From contig MU271384.1 of the NCBI GenBank assembly GCA_021432655.1, positions 57,039-77,038 of the forward strand: 20,000 bases of DNA, given 5' to 3'. The translations under genes were made by a program, and so were the position numbers. This document shows, piece after piece, positions 9,891-19,507 of this stretch. Positions within the stretch are counted from its first letter, which is position 1, and each line of letters opens with the position of its first letter. The notes beneath the pieces were generated by a model, which saw only the letters and a list, made by a program, of their open reading frames with translations, ran no database searches and was not told the DNA's origin. This DNA comes from Atractiella rhizophila. Taxonomy: Eukaryota.

Positions 9891-12134
9891 ATGCCTCAAC
9901 TCTTTCCATCAGCCACAATCGACCCTTTGTCACAGTTCTCGCGTTCTGATCCTGATCCATTTAAGGAAATGGTTGTTCCCAATGACTTCAGGGCAAATTT
10001 GAAGAGTCCCACTCTACATAACAACATCATGTGAGCATTAATCTCTTTCTCTGTTGCCAAATCATTCTAATGTTCCCGCAGTGCACCACTATCATTGGCA
10101 GATAATGTTCAGATCCCACCGTTCCTCAAACCTGCAGTCAATACGCCAAGTCTTTCAAAGCTGCAAACCAACCTCCATCCAGGTGCCGATGCATCTAAAC
10201 CGCAATCAGCTGCTGCAACACTGGCGTTCAATCCAGCGATGTTCCCTCTCTCACCTACCTCTCCGTCGCTGGGTCAACCGTTCAGCGCGTTTCCTTCCTC
10301 TCAGCGAGTTCCAGGCCCGATTTCTCCACGTCCTGACCTCCCGCTGATCTTACAACCGCGAGCACAAGTGAGACGCCAGTCTATGTTCCCGTCGTCTGCA
10401 ACAGTTGGAGTCGCTAGTGCCGCACCGAAAGAGGAAGTGAAGGAAATCCACTATGTCAGACCTTCTTCAGCGGAGTTCGATGCTTTCCTCCTCGCTCCTC
10501 ACAAACATACTCACGGTCGTTCGGTTTCGTCACCCATCGTTCACCACCAGCACGACTCTTCGCCATCGCAGCATTCAGAGGACGGAAGAGCCCACGCACA
10601 TTCAAGAAGTTTGCCGGATATTTTCGCTCTAAATCCTAATGATGTGGATGATACAAGAAGCGTCGAGGGATCTGTCGTATCAACTGCGAACGAACGAGAA
10701 GAAGGAGGGGAGGAGGAACTCTCTCCTCATGCGGTAGGAGATGAGCTGCCACAGTATGACAACGGCACATCAGTTGCTGTCCCCGAAGAGAAAACCGCTC
10801 CTCTGATGGCAAAAGAGCCTTCTCTCCTTCCCTTGCCCTATCCAACCGAGGCTCCAGCTTTTACCTCTCTCCAACGATCTGAAACGACAACGACTCTCGC
10901 GACGTTACCATCAACGGCCAGTTCGCCAAGTATATACAGGAGTTCTCTCGTCCTTTCCGACATCGAAGAAAAAAGTCAAGTTTTTAATCTGAGGCAGTAC
11001 AACGCATATCGTCCCACCCTAGCTGCCAACGTTGGAGAGAGTCCTTCTGCCTGCTCTTCCACCCTTTCGAGCCGACAGAACACCATCCACTCCCAGCACA
11101 GCTCTTTGCGCCGACATACTCTCCCTAACGAATTGATGGAGGAAACAGAGACACCTCCTCCCGTTCCTTCCGTCGATGCCGTGCCATTTAGGTATCGCTA
11201 TGAGTTTGGGAAAAACGAACAGCCGCAGGAGGAGCAAGTTAGAAAGTCTGAGGACGGGGAGAGGAGAACGAGCGAGGAGTCAATTGTGGACCTCAAGCTC
11301 GAGTTAAGAAAGATGCGGAACGCGAATGCATCCTTCGAATCCCTTAAAGAAAGGCGACATACACCTCCATCCCGACCTCCCCCACCAATGCCACCTTCAG
11401 CATCGCAGGACAGGTCAGGCGCGACTCCAACGCTCGAACAATTGATGGATGAAATATTGGACCAATCGTCTCCTCAGTCTTCGAATACAGGATCTCCGAC
11501 ACCATCCAGGCAGACGGAAGCAATAACTGTACCCACACCTCTCACATCACTCGATCCCTCGTTCGCCATCCTCAAACCACCACAGACTCCACCTGTAAAC
11601 CCAATACCCAAGTATACTGCGCAGCCCAATTCTCCTTTTTCTCCAGCAGTCCGAAATTCTTCAGACGTTCCCCGACCGTTGCCGCTACAAACCACTCTGG
11701 TCCGACGACGCTCCAACTCTCTTCCTTCGTCTCCCAAGGCCCCTACCGCCGTTGGTGGAAAAGTTCCCGCTCGTTTGTTCATGACCAAGCTGGCTTCGCC
11801 CTCTCAGGCGGCTTTGGAATCCCCCGTCGCAGGGGAGTTTGGTGCTGGTTTCCTCTCCCGCCCTCCTCCCCCAGCTACATTACCCGTTCGCCCTATCGTC
11901 TCAGTTCAAGCACAGCCACAGCCGAAACCACAACCACAACCACAACACCAACCGCAGACGGACATCGAACAGCGTCTCTTCAACCCGTTGGGTCTCAACC
12001 TTATTCCCGATGAAAGGAACGAAGGAAACGCGGGAAGACTGCAAAATTTCGATTTCGTGCCGGTGCAAAAGAGGGCCGGGAGAAGGGAGAGGGCGAGCAA
12101 AGCTCTGTCGTCGATGTTTGGTGGTTCTAAGTAA
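9891..12134 (+). CDS. Hypothetical Pro/Ser-rich disordered protein, ~730 aa. Exons 9891-10030 and 10082-12134.
   Basis: The 679-codon ORF in the track starts at TTG. A clean 51-nt intron (GTGAGC..CTAAT..CGCAG, 10031-10081) links it in frame to ATG 9891 (MPQLFPSATIDP). It has many PxxP tracts and a QP repeat near 11905-11957. A further upstream exon from ATG 9726 is possible. Confidence 0.72.
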
Positions 12135-12469
12135 CCAGTTTTGTTTCTCATGGACCTTTTCGTGCCTAGCATTTCCGTACTTTCGTTCAGCCAGGAAGAA
12201 AAGAGAGAGATGGACTCTTATAAATGGACTCTTAGCAGCATCACCATCCGTGTACCATCACCCAGCCAACAAACTCACAGTCAGTAGCATTGTAAATAAT
12301 TCTTTAGCCCAGCATTGTCACGAAACGAGATGATGATGATGTACCACAAACATTTCCATCGCAAACAAGCAAATTCAATCTGCAACTAATTCCGCATATG
12401 CACAAGCAAGAAGCAAGTAATTCAAGTTTTGGCAACAACAACACCACCTTTCCGTCACTCCAGAAAGTC

Positions 12470-13504
12470 TCAGAGGACGACGGCTCCAGCCATGGCAAGC
12501 AGGAAGTAAGCTAGTCCAACCTTCGACACCTCCAACTTATCCGCAGGCGAATTGCTTCCGGTATTGGGCAAATTGGTCGCCGTACTGGTCGATGTGGTCG
12601 TGCTGGTTGTAGAGTTGGGAAGAGACACAGTGGGCTCTAGACTCCTGCTAATGGTTGAAGGAACACCGGGCAATGAGACGGACGTGGTGGGAAATGGGAT
12701 AGGCGCCACTGTGAAGTTGAAGCGCTGGGTTGTGGTCTGCCCGACAGGGTACGCCACGAAGTTAGTGATTGCGAAGGAGAGAAAGAGACGGAAGACTGGG
12801 AAATGCGTACCGTCGCTGCTTCGCTGGGCACAGGCACGGTGGGAAGTGGAATGAGAGACCCTGTTGGTGTGTCGCTGACGACGGGTCCACCACTTGCTGC
12901 ACTCGGGGCGTCTGGATTTGCATTGATGGTAAAGGTCGCTGACGTGCGGCTCGTTCCGTCCTCATCTATTGTGATCGCCTGAGTACCAACTTTCGAGAAC
13001 TAAAGACACTGACTAGTCCAGGCAATAAAATAGCTACTCCTTGTTGAGAGGGAGATAGGCAGCTCCACCGTCGTCGAGCCGTCCGTTAAGGCGACTGGAG
13101 GGGAGAGAGGAGAGTTTGAGAGGAGCTCGATGGATGAGGTGGTTGTGTAACCGAGGAGGAGGCGGCCTCTGACCAGTTGGACGGAGATGGTGGACGGGAT
13201 GTCCGACAGATCCCTGTGTTATGATAGTCCAAAGTTCTGAGTTCATTGCGACATTGGGAGGAGAGAAAGAATAGACGGACCAGGACACTTTAAGCTGATC
13301 TCCAGCGGTAAAGACACTCCCAGAGGTAGGGAAAGTAATATCAGGTGAGTACGATGCAATCTGCCTTCCCTCCAGGTCACGTACCAGCAGCCGTCGCTCT
13401 ACCGCTCGAGGGTAATGCGGAAAGGCTCTCTCATTGTTGAAGGTGAAAGGAGAGCCCAAAACGGCACCACAACAAGCGAAGAGAAAGAGCGCAAACATCA
13501 ACAT
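12470..13504 (-). CDS. Secreted Ser/Thr-rich GPI-anchored cell-wall family protein (Kre9/Knh1-N-like beta domain), ~281 aa. Exons 13504-13281, 13213-13014, 12965-12811, 12736-12470.
   Basis: Signal peptide MLMFALFLFACCGAVLG. The segment SPDITFPTSGSVFTAGDQLKVSWD..RSSYFIAW..TSATFTI is typical of this fungal family. Three GT-AG introns give an 846-nt frame, followed by a Thr-rich stalk and the hydrophobic tail VGLAYFLLAMAGAVVL. Confidence 0.85.
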
Positions 13505-14407
13505 AGCCGCTGCCGCCTCCGATGGTATATCTTTCGCGCAAGCAGTTAGAAATGGCTGCAATTTCCCTCGTCTGGTACACAAAGCCGCAGGCGGTGCTTG
13601 TCCATGCGTCAAACTTTATCTCCCTAATCCTCTGGGAATCAAGATCTTAAACCCACCTCCGTTTTGATTGATTGCTGACTCCCTCATCCATAAAGACGGG
13701 AGACGGATGTCACTAAGAAGGGTTCAATAGCGTTGTTCACGCTGACGTTCGCAACTCCTGATCGTGCGATGCTCCATGGCGAAGTCCCTCACTGTACCTG
13801 GCTGTCCCATTGTACATTGTGTTTCTCCTGGGAAGCTGTCATGGGGCCTGTAATATATGTAATACTTGAGAAGTATTCATTTACCTGTTGAAAAGCAAGT
13901 AAGCCGTCTCATCGGCCTCCTATGAAGACAGGGATTGGTTGCATTTGTTGATGGATTTGCTAGGTGACCGTACTACTCTACCAAGAATGTCTACCACCAA
14001 CAGCCGCTGTGAAAACGCGAACGACCTGAACATGCTCAGGTTGCGCGTCCGCGGCTCCTGCCCCCTTTCCCCTGGGCGAGGGGATAAGAGGGGGATCCGT
14101 AGATAGGTTATGCTATGTCGATTTGAGGCATTGAGATGAGTGGGAATCTGTCAAAACGTTCCTGTGAGTTCTGGCGGCTTGTTCATGCTGAGTCAAAGAG
14201 CGCATCGCATCGAGCCGGAGTAGTTTTGGTAAGGAAGGAGGTGTTCAAGGTATTATCCATGGTAGATCGCGGAGTCCGGTCATGGAATACCTGGCTGCTG
14301 GATTGAGGGATCCACAGGCCCCATATTCAACAACGCAACCTCAGCCCGAGACTGAGATATAAAGCGAAGACAGTGTCCCAATCCTCTTCACTCATATCTG
14401 CTACAAT

Positions 14408-14685
14408 ATGGAAACTTTCACACACTCTAGCCAGTGGAGAATTGTTGTGAATCCCTTTCAAGTTCCTTGCTCCTGGTACTTGTCTGACTGTACTATGTAG
14501 GCAAAGGTGGAACATCGCTACATCATTGAGGTGGATGGAGAACAACACACACTTCCTGAAGAGCTTGTCTTGGCTGTCCTTGGAAGATTGCTTGCCCGTT
14601 CGTTCCTTTCGACTTCATCTCTCCTGATAGCAAGTGTTGATGGATGGGATAAGGTGTCATTAACGGTCCATCTTATTTGATGTGA
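14408..14685 (+). CDS. Putative spliced micro-gene or gene relic, copy A (~55 aa). Exons 14408-14446, 14501-14597, 14654-14685.
   Basis: Translation METFTHSSQWRIV|AKVEHRYIIEVDGEQHTLPEELVLAVLGRLLA|RVINGPSYLM. The ATG context (CTACAATATGGAA), both intron positions and the 97-nt exon 2 are shared with copy B. The last exon is uncertain, and this may be a pseudogene. Confidence 0.5.
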
Positions 14686-15254
14686 AACGTGTACAACTCC
14701 TTAAGCTTCAATTGTCATTCTAGAGACAAGCTCTCCTCAAATCACATGAAGGACATCTTTCTCCTCCCTAACTTCTGATGTTTAATCTCTAGAAATGGAC
14801 AATCGGATGTACATTTGCTATTTTTGCACATATCCTTGATGAGCCAGGGTGTCTGCCGCTCCTCTGTGACTTTTCTCCTTTTAGCCTCTCTACAATCACG
14901 ATACAATCACGACTACATCAGGAAGCGGACGACAAGATGAGGGCTTCAAAGCTAATGAATTGAGAGCGAGCCTTCGCGGCAAATAAACCTAACGAACTTT
15001 CAGATCTGCTTCTCGTCTTCACCCATTCTTCACTGACGATCCCTCCGCTTCTAAAACTGTCCCTCAGATCACTTGGAATGGAATCTTTCCCAGCCAAGCA
15101 ATTGTGGTATAGCTGAGGTGAGGGATGAGAGTGATGAGGTGTCCTTAAAGCAACCACGTAACTTGTGAGTAGACATTCTTGGGCTTCTAACGAGCAGGAA
15201 GATCAAAAGACGAAGGATGATGATGTGCACTCAGTATGCATGGAAGCGCTGAAG

Positions 15255-15800
15255 AATGACCGTTTGATCCAGCGCACAGAATTGCCTTTTGATCCAGGGT
15301 ACGGACGTTTGATGGATAAAATTTCAGTTTGATCCAGCGTATTGAATTGCCTTTTGATCTAGCGTATGGACGTTTGATCCAGCGTAATGACTAATTTTGC
15401 ATAGAATTGCCTTTTGATCCAGCGTACAGACGTTTGATCCAGCGTAACGACCAATTGCCAGAATTTCAGTTTGATCCAGCGTAATGACCAATTTGCATAG
15501 AATTGCCTTTCGAGCCAGCGTACAGACGTTTGATCCAGCGCAACGACCAATTGATAGAATCTCAGTTTGATCCAGCGCATTTTGATCCCGCGTACTGACC
15601 GTCTGATTCAACGCATGACATTGCCGTTTGATCCAGCGTCATGACCAGTTTGCATAAAATTGCCTTTTGAGGCAGCGTACAGACGTTTGATCCAGCGTAA
15701 CGACCAATTGCTAGAATTTCAGTTTGATCCAGCGCATAGAATTGCATTTTGATCCAGCGTACTTACCGTTCGATCCAGCGTATCGAAAAATAGCCGTTTA
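15255..15800. repeat. Complex tandem array: about 20 copies of the 14-bp core TTTGATCCAGCG(T/C)A with recurring spacers and a 96-97 bp higher-order unit
   Basis: Cores start at about 15263, 15288, 15308 (partial), 15328, 15353, 15373, 15413, 15433, 15470, 15509, 15529, 15566, 15581, 15602, 15627, 15666, 15686, 15723, 15748 and 15769, all in one orientation. Confidence 0.95.
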
Positions 15801-15897
15801 GCCCACAGGATATAAAACAACGACCATGTCCCATCGACTCCCAGCACCTGTGGACTTCAGCTTAACATCTATACATTGCGCAAATTTCTACTACAAT

Positions 15898-16154
15898 ATG
15901 GAAGCGTCACCCAACACAGACACGAGTCAGTGGAGAATTGTCGTTAGTTTTCTTCGTCTCATTTTCATTGTCTCTGACGACGCGTTTTCTAGGGAAAGAT
16001 GGAACATGGCTACATAATTGAGGCGGATGGAGAATATTACATCATTCCTCAAGAGTTGGTGATGCTGGTCCTCGGAAGATTGCTCGCCCGTATGCTTTCA
16101 CTTTTCCTATTTCTTTGAGGTAGACGCTGAAGGATGGCACAAGAAGCTATTTGA
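15898..16154 (+). CDS. Putative spliced micro-gene or gene relic, copy B (~50 aa). Exons 15898-15942, 15993-16089, 16144-16154.
   Basis: Translation MEASPNTDTSQWRIV|GKMEHGYIIEADGEYYIIPQELVMLVLGRLLA|QAI. Introns are GTTAGT..CTGAC..TTCTAG and GTATGC..GCTGAA..CACAAG. Exon 2 is 21/32 aa identical to copy A with no indels. An in-frame upstream ATG exists at 15826. Confidence 0.5.
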
Positions 16155-16711
16155 AAGCCCTTCTTAGTAGGCACTTGAGCATAATGGATGATGTCTTGTT
16201 GCAGCATCGGAAACAGTTCTCTTGTCCAAATCACAGCTCAACCGACTTCCATATGATGGCTCTCTTTCAGTCTGTAACAACCAAACACTGGTTTAACGTG
16301 CATCTGCCTGTTCCCTCATCAATGTTCCGTTTGAAGCAGCTATCCATGCGAAAATAAAGACGACGTTATTCCTCTCAAACCTCCCACTTCATCTCTTGGA
16401 GGTAGGTCAAACATACGGAAATATGCAAGGCTAGACATTTGCCTGTTGCCTAGGGCGGCAAGAACTCCAACTCCTGAAGCTAAGACAGGGCCGTGATTTC
16501 GTTGTTGTTTACACGGGGCAGCGGAACTGTTGAAGAGCGAAGGAATGCAATCATTAATTGAGCTGAGAGGTGTACTTGAAGCAACCGAGTGACATGTGAG
16601 CAGACAGCGTAAATAGATAAGTAGGTGTCTAATGAGCAGGATTAAAAGTCGAAGGATATGCACAACGCTCACATCAGAGCACTCGAAATACTTTTGATCT
16701 CTTCATTCCCT

Positions 16712-18230
16712 TTACTCCTCAATCTGCGTGACGATACCAGTCGCAACTGCAAATTATTTTCATCAGCTTTGTTTCGAAAAAATAAAAAAAAGGCATACCA
16801 GTCTTTCCACCTTCACGAAGGGTGAATCGTTCTCCTTTAACCAGAGGGACGTCGTGGGTGAGGGAAAGAATCATTTCAACGTTATCGCCTGGGTTGACCT
16901 CCTTATCAACCTTCTTCTTCTTCTTAGCATCTTCTCCCTCCTCCATGAAAGCGCTGAAAGTTTTCAATCCCTTGATGAACTCTTCGCTTGGCCGGTCCTC
17001 CTCAGGGAAAGTAAGGAGAGCAGTCACGTCGGATGTGCGCATGAAAAGTTGAGGTCTGTATCCAGAACTGAAAGAGGTGTATCTTCCACCTTCTTCCTTG
17101 GTCAAAACGTAAAGAGAGGCAAGCATCCTCTTGACAGGTTTCACGGAACCAGGGGCAGCGAGCACCATCCCGCGCTTGATTTCTTCCCTCTTCACACCCC
17201 TCAACAATGCTCCCATATTATCACCAGCCTGTCCACGCTCCAATTCCTTGTGGAACATTTCGATACCGGTAATCGTAACCCGCTTGTTCACGCCCATACC
17301 AAGCAAGTCGAGATCGGTTCCTTTGAGAACGGTTCCTCGCTCCACACGCCCAGTCACGACCGTACCACGACCTTGGATAGAGAAGACATCTTCAACACCC
17401 ATTAGGAAAGGCTTGTCCATCTCTCGAACGGGCTCATCGAGCCAAGTGTCAACAGCGTCCATGAGCTTGCCGATGGCGGAGACTCCGATCCCATTGTCGT
17501 CTTGTCCGTTAAGAGCCATGAGAGCCGAGCCTGGGATGATGGGAGTATTCTCTCCGTCGAAACCGTACTGAGTTAGAAGCTCGCGCATTTCCATCTCGAC
17601 CAGCTCGAGCATCTCGGGGTCGGAAATCGTGTCGACTTTGTTGATGAAGACGACGAGCTTCTGAATACCGACCTGCCGTGAGAGGAGAAGATGTTCACGA
17701 GTCTGAGGCATCTGTCCGTCGACGGCGGAGACGACAATCATCCCACCATCCCTACCCACTCGTTAGCATCTCGACTTCTGTTGACTTCTAAAAGAAAAAC
17801 CTACATTTGAGCAGCACCCGTAATCATGTTCTTGATATAATCCGCGTGTCCCGGACAATCGACATGAGCATAATGTCTTTTCGACGTCTCATACTCGACA
17901 TGAGCGGTGGAGATAGTGATACCCCTAGCCTTCTCCTCAGGAGCCTTGTCGATTTGGTCATATGCCATGAAGGTTCCCTTCCCCATCTTCTCTGCAAGCA
18001 CTTTTGTGATGGCAGCCGTGAGTGTAGTCTTTCCATGATCGACGTGTCCAATAGTTCCGATGTTCATGTGCGGCTTGTCGCGCACAAAACTTGCAAATCG
18101 AGGAAGTCCAAGAGTGGACTGAGAGGGGACATGGAACGTAGAGGGGACGAGCCGGGAGTGGGCTCGTGGAGAACGGAGAGGGCGAGAAACCGAGGTGGTC
18201 AATGTACGGCATGGTAGAGAACCTAAACAT
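16712..18230 (-). CDS. TUF1: Mitochondrial translation elongation factor Tu. Exons about 18230-17805, 17751-16799, 16746-16712; start codon unresolved.
   Basis: Motifs [75 protein letters not shown] and LREGGKTVATG. Introns 17804-17752 and 16798-16747. An Arg/Ser-rich presequence-like leader precedes the G domain. Confidence 0.97.
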
Positions 18231-18279
18231 AGATAAGAAACACTCTTACGGCAGAAGGTGAAGAGTAGTAGAGCGCATG

Positions 18280-18839
18280 GAAACTCGTCACTACGGTCCA
18301 CGCTTTCCTCCAGCCGGAAATTGTTCCTCAATAACTCAAAGCCTCCACAAAGCAGTTATTAGCGTAGCTCGAGCGCGCCGTGTAAGGCCAGCTAGCCGCT
18401 GGTCAAGATTGCAAAATTTGAACCAGCTCCATGGTGCTGACGTGCCAGCCGTCTGTTTTTCACATTTCTAACTCGACAATTGGGATAAACGCTTCGGAAA
18501 TGACACCTTGTTTATGTTTCCACTTCTTTTGCACTTAGCTTGAAAAGGGTAGAGGCAGTGGAGGCACTTTCGCCCACCATACCTCCGTTGGAGAGAGAAA
18601 GAACTACTCACCGAAGCTTCTCAACCCCTGTTTCTGAGCGCTTTTGAGGCTTCCAGCGCCAATATTCCTAAGAGAAACAACTCGTGTCGACATACTTCCT
18701 ATGTTCCTAAGTGCAAAGCCCCAAATTATCGCCTCCGTCGTTTTTGCAACTTTTTCTGTTGTGTCGTTTCCGCTTTTCCGTCCACAGACAGAAGGCCAGC
18801 AAAAGTTGCCACCAATCTCACATCTCAGACGTGCCAACG
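18280..18839. promoter_or_regulatory. Divergent (probably bidirectional) promoter region between TUF1 and SMD2
   Basis: Head-to-head housekeeping genes about 0.56-0.6 kb apart. Inferred from gene geometry only; no specific sites were identified. Confidence 0.5.
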
Positions 18840-19432
18840 ATGTCGTAGGCTTTTCTTTTGAGTGTATTCGTTGTGTTTCTTACTGAAAAACGGGACAGGC
18901 AACACACGAATTCCTTGAAATCTGAACTCAGTGGGTTATGTGCTTGATCTTGAAGGAGGAAGTTAAACGTCGTTGACGGGAACAGCTGAGGAGCAAATCC
19001 GAGCATTAGAAGAGCATGAGATCTCCACTGGCCCTCTTTCCGTCCTACAAACATCAGTAAAGAACCATACGCAAATTCTTATAGCCCTGAGAAATGGACG
19101 GAAGCTGTTAGGACGCGTGAAGGCGTTTGATAGGCATGCTAACATGGTGCGCCGTCTCTTTCCTTTCTTCTTTGATAAGGGGGTCGTAATGTTGATGTAA
19201 TTATTGTTTTCTTTTTGGATGGGCTGGAATGTAGGTGCTGGAGAATGTAAAAGAGATGTGGACGGAGCATCCGAAAGGCTCTAACAAAGCTGGGAAGAAG
19301 CCCATCAACAAGGATAGGTTCATCAGCAAGATGTTCCTCAGAGGGGACAGTGTCATTCTTGGTATGTTTATGTTTTACCGCAATTCTGGGAACTGAAGCG
19401 AAGAGGGAACAGTGTTGCGGAATACTGCTTAA
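18840..19432 (+). CDS. SMD2: Small nuclear ribonucleoprotein Sm D2, 114 aa. Exons 18840-18844, 18899-18930, 18986-19146, 19235-19361, 19413-19432.
   Basis: The spliced product [101 protein letters not shown] matches the Sm D2 consensus. Four GT-AG introns and a 5-nt first coding exon. Confidence 0.96.
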
Positions 19433-19507
19433 GAGGGCACAGAGTTTGGAGGGGACGGACTGTGCAAAAGAGCGTTGGGGACACTTACAAATTGAAAAGG
19501 TGCATGA

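Noticed and set aside
14060..14094. Imperfect C-rich/G-rich hairpin as a possible Helitron 3' end or terminator
   Set aside because: The stem is imperfect, there is no CTRR terminus at the expected distance, and there is no other element evidence.
15324..15747. Minus-strand ORFs with 32-aa repeats (LDQTEILAIGRYAGSNVCT)
   Set aside because: They are a by-product of the 96-bp unit. The frames shift between units and several frames are equally open, so there is no sign of coding selection.
15255..15800. CRISPR-like interpretation of the repeat-spacer array
   Set aside because: The core is only 14 bp, and the spacers are 1-26 nt and recur rather than being unique. The context is eukaryotic and no cas-like gene is present.
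16719..17759. Bacterial tuf gene or horizontal transfer
   Set aside because: Spliceosomal introns and a presequence-like leader indicate the ordinary nuclear-encoded mitochondrial EF-Tu.
16728..18217. Plus-strand ORFs of 225, 146 and 136 aa
   Set aside because: Antisense shadows of the EF-Tu gene.
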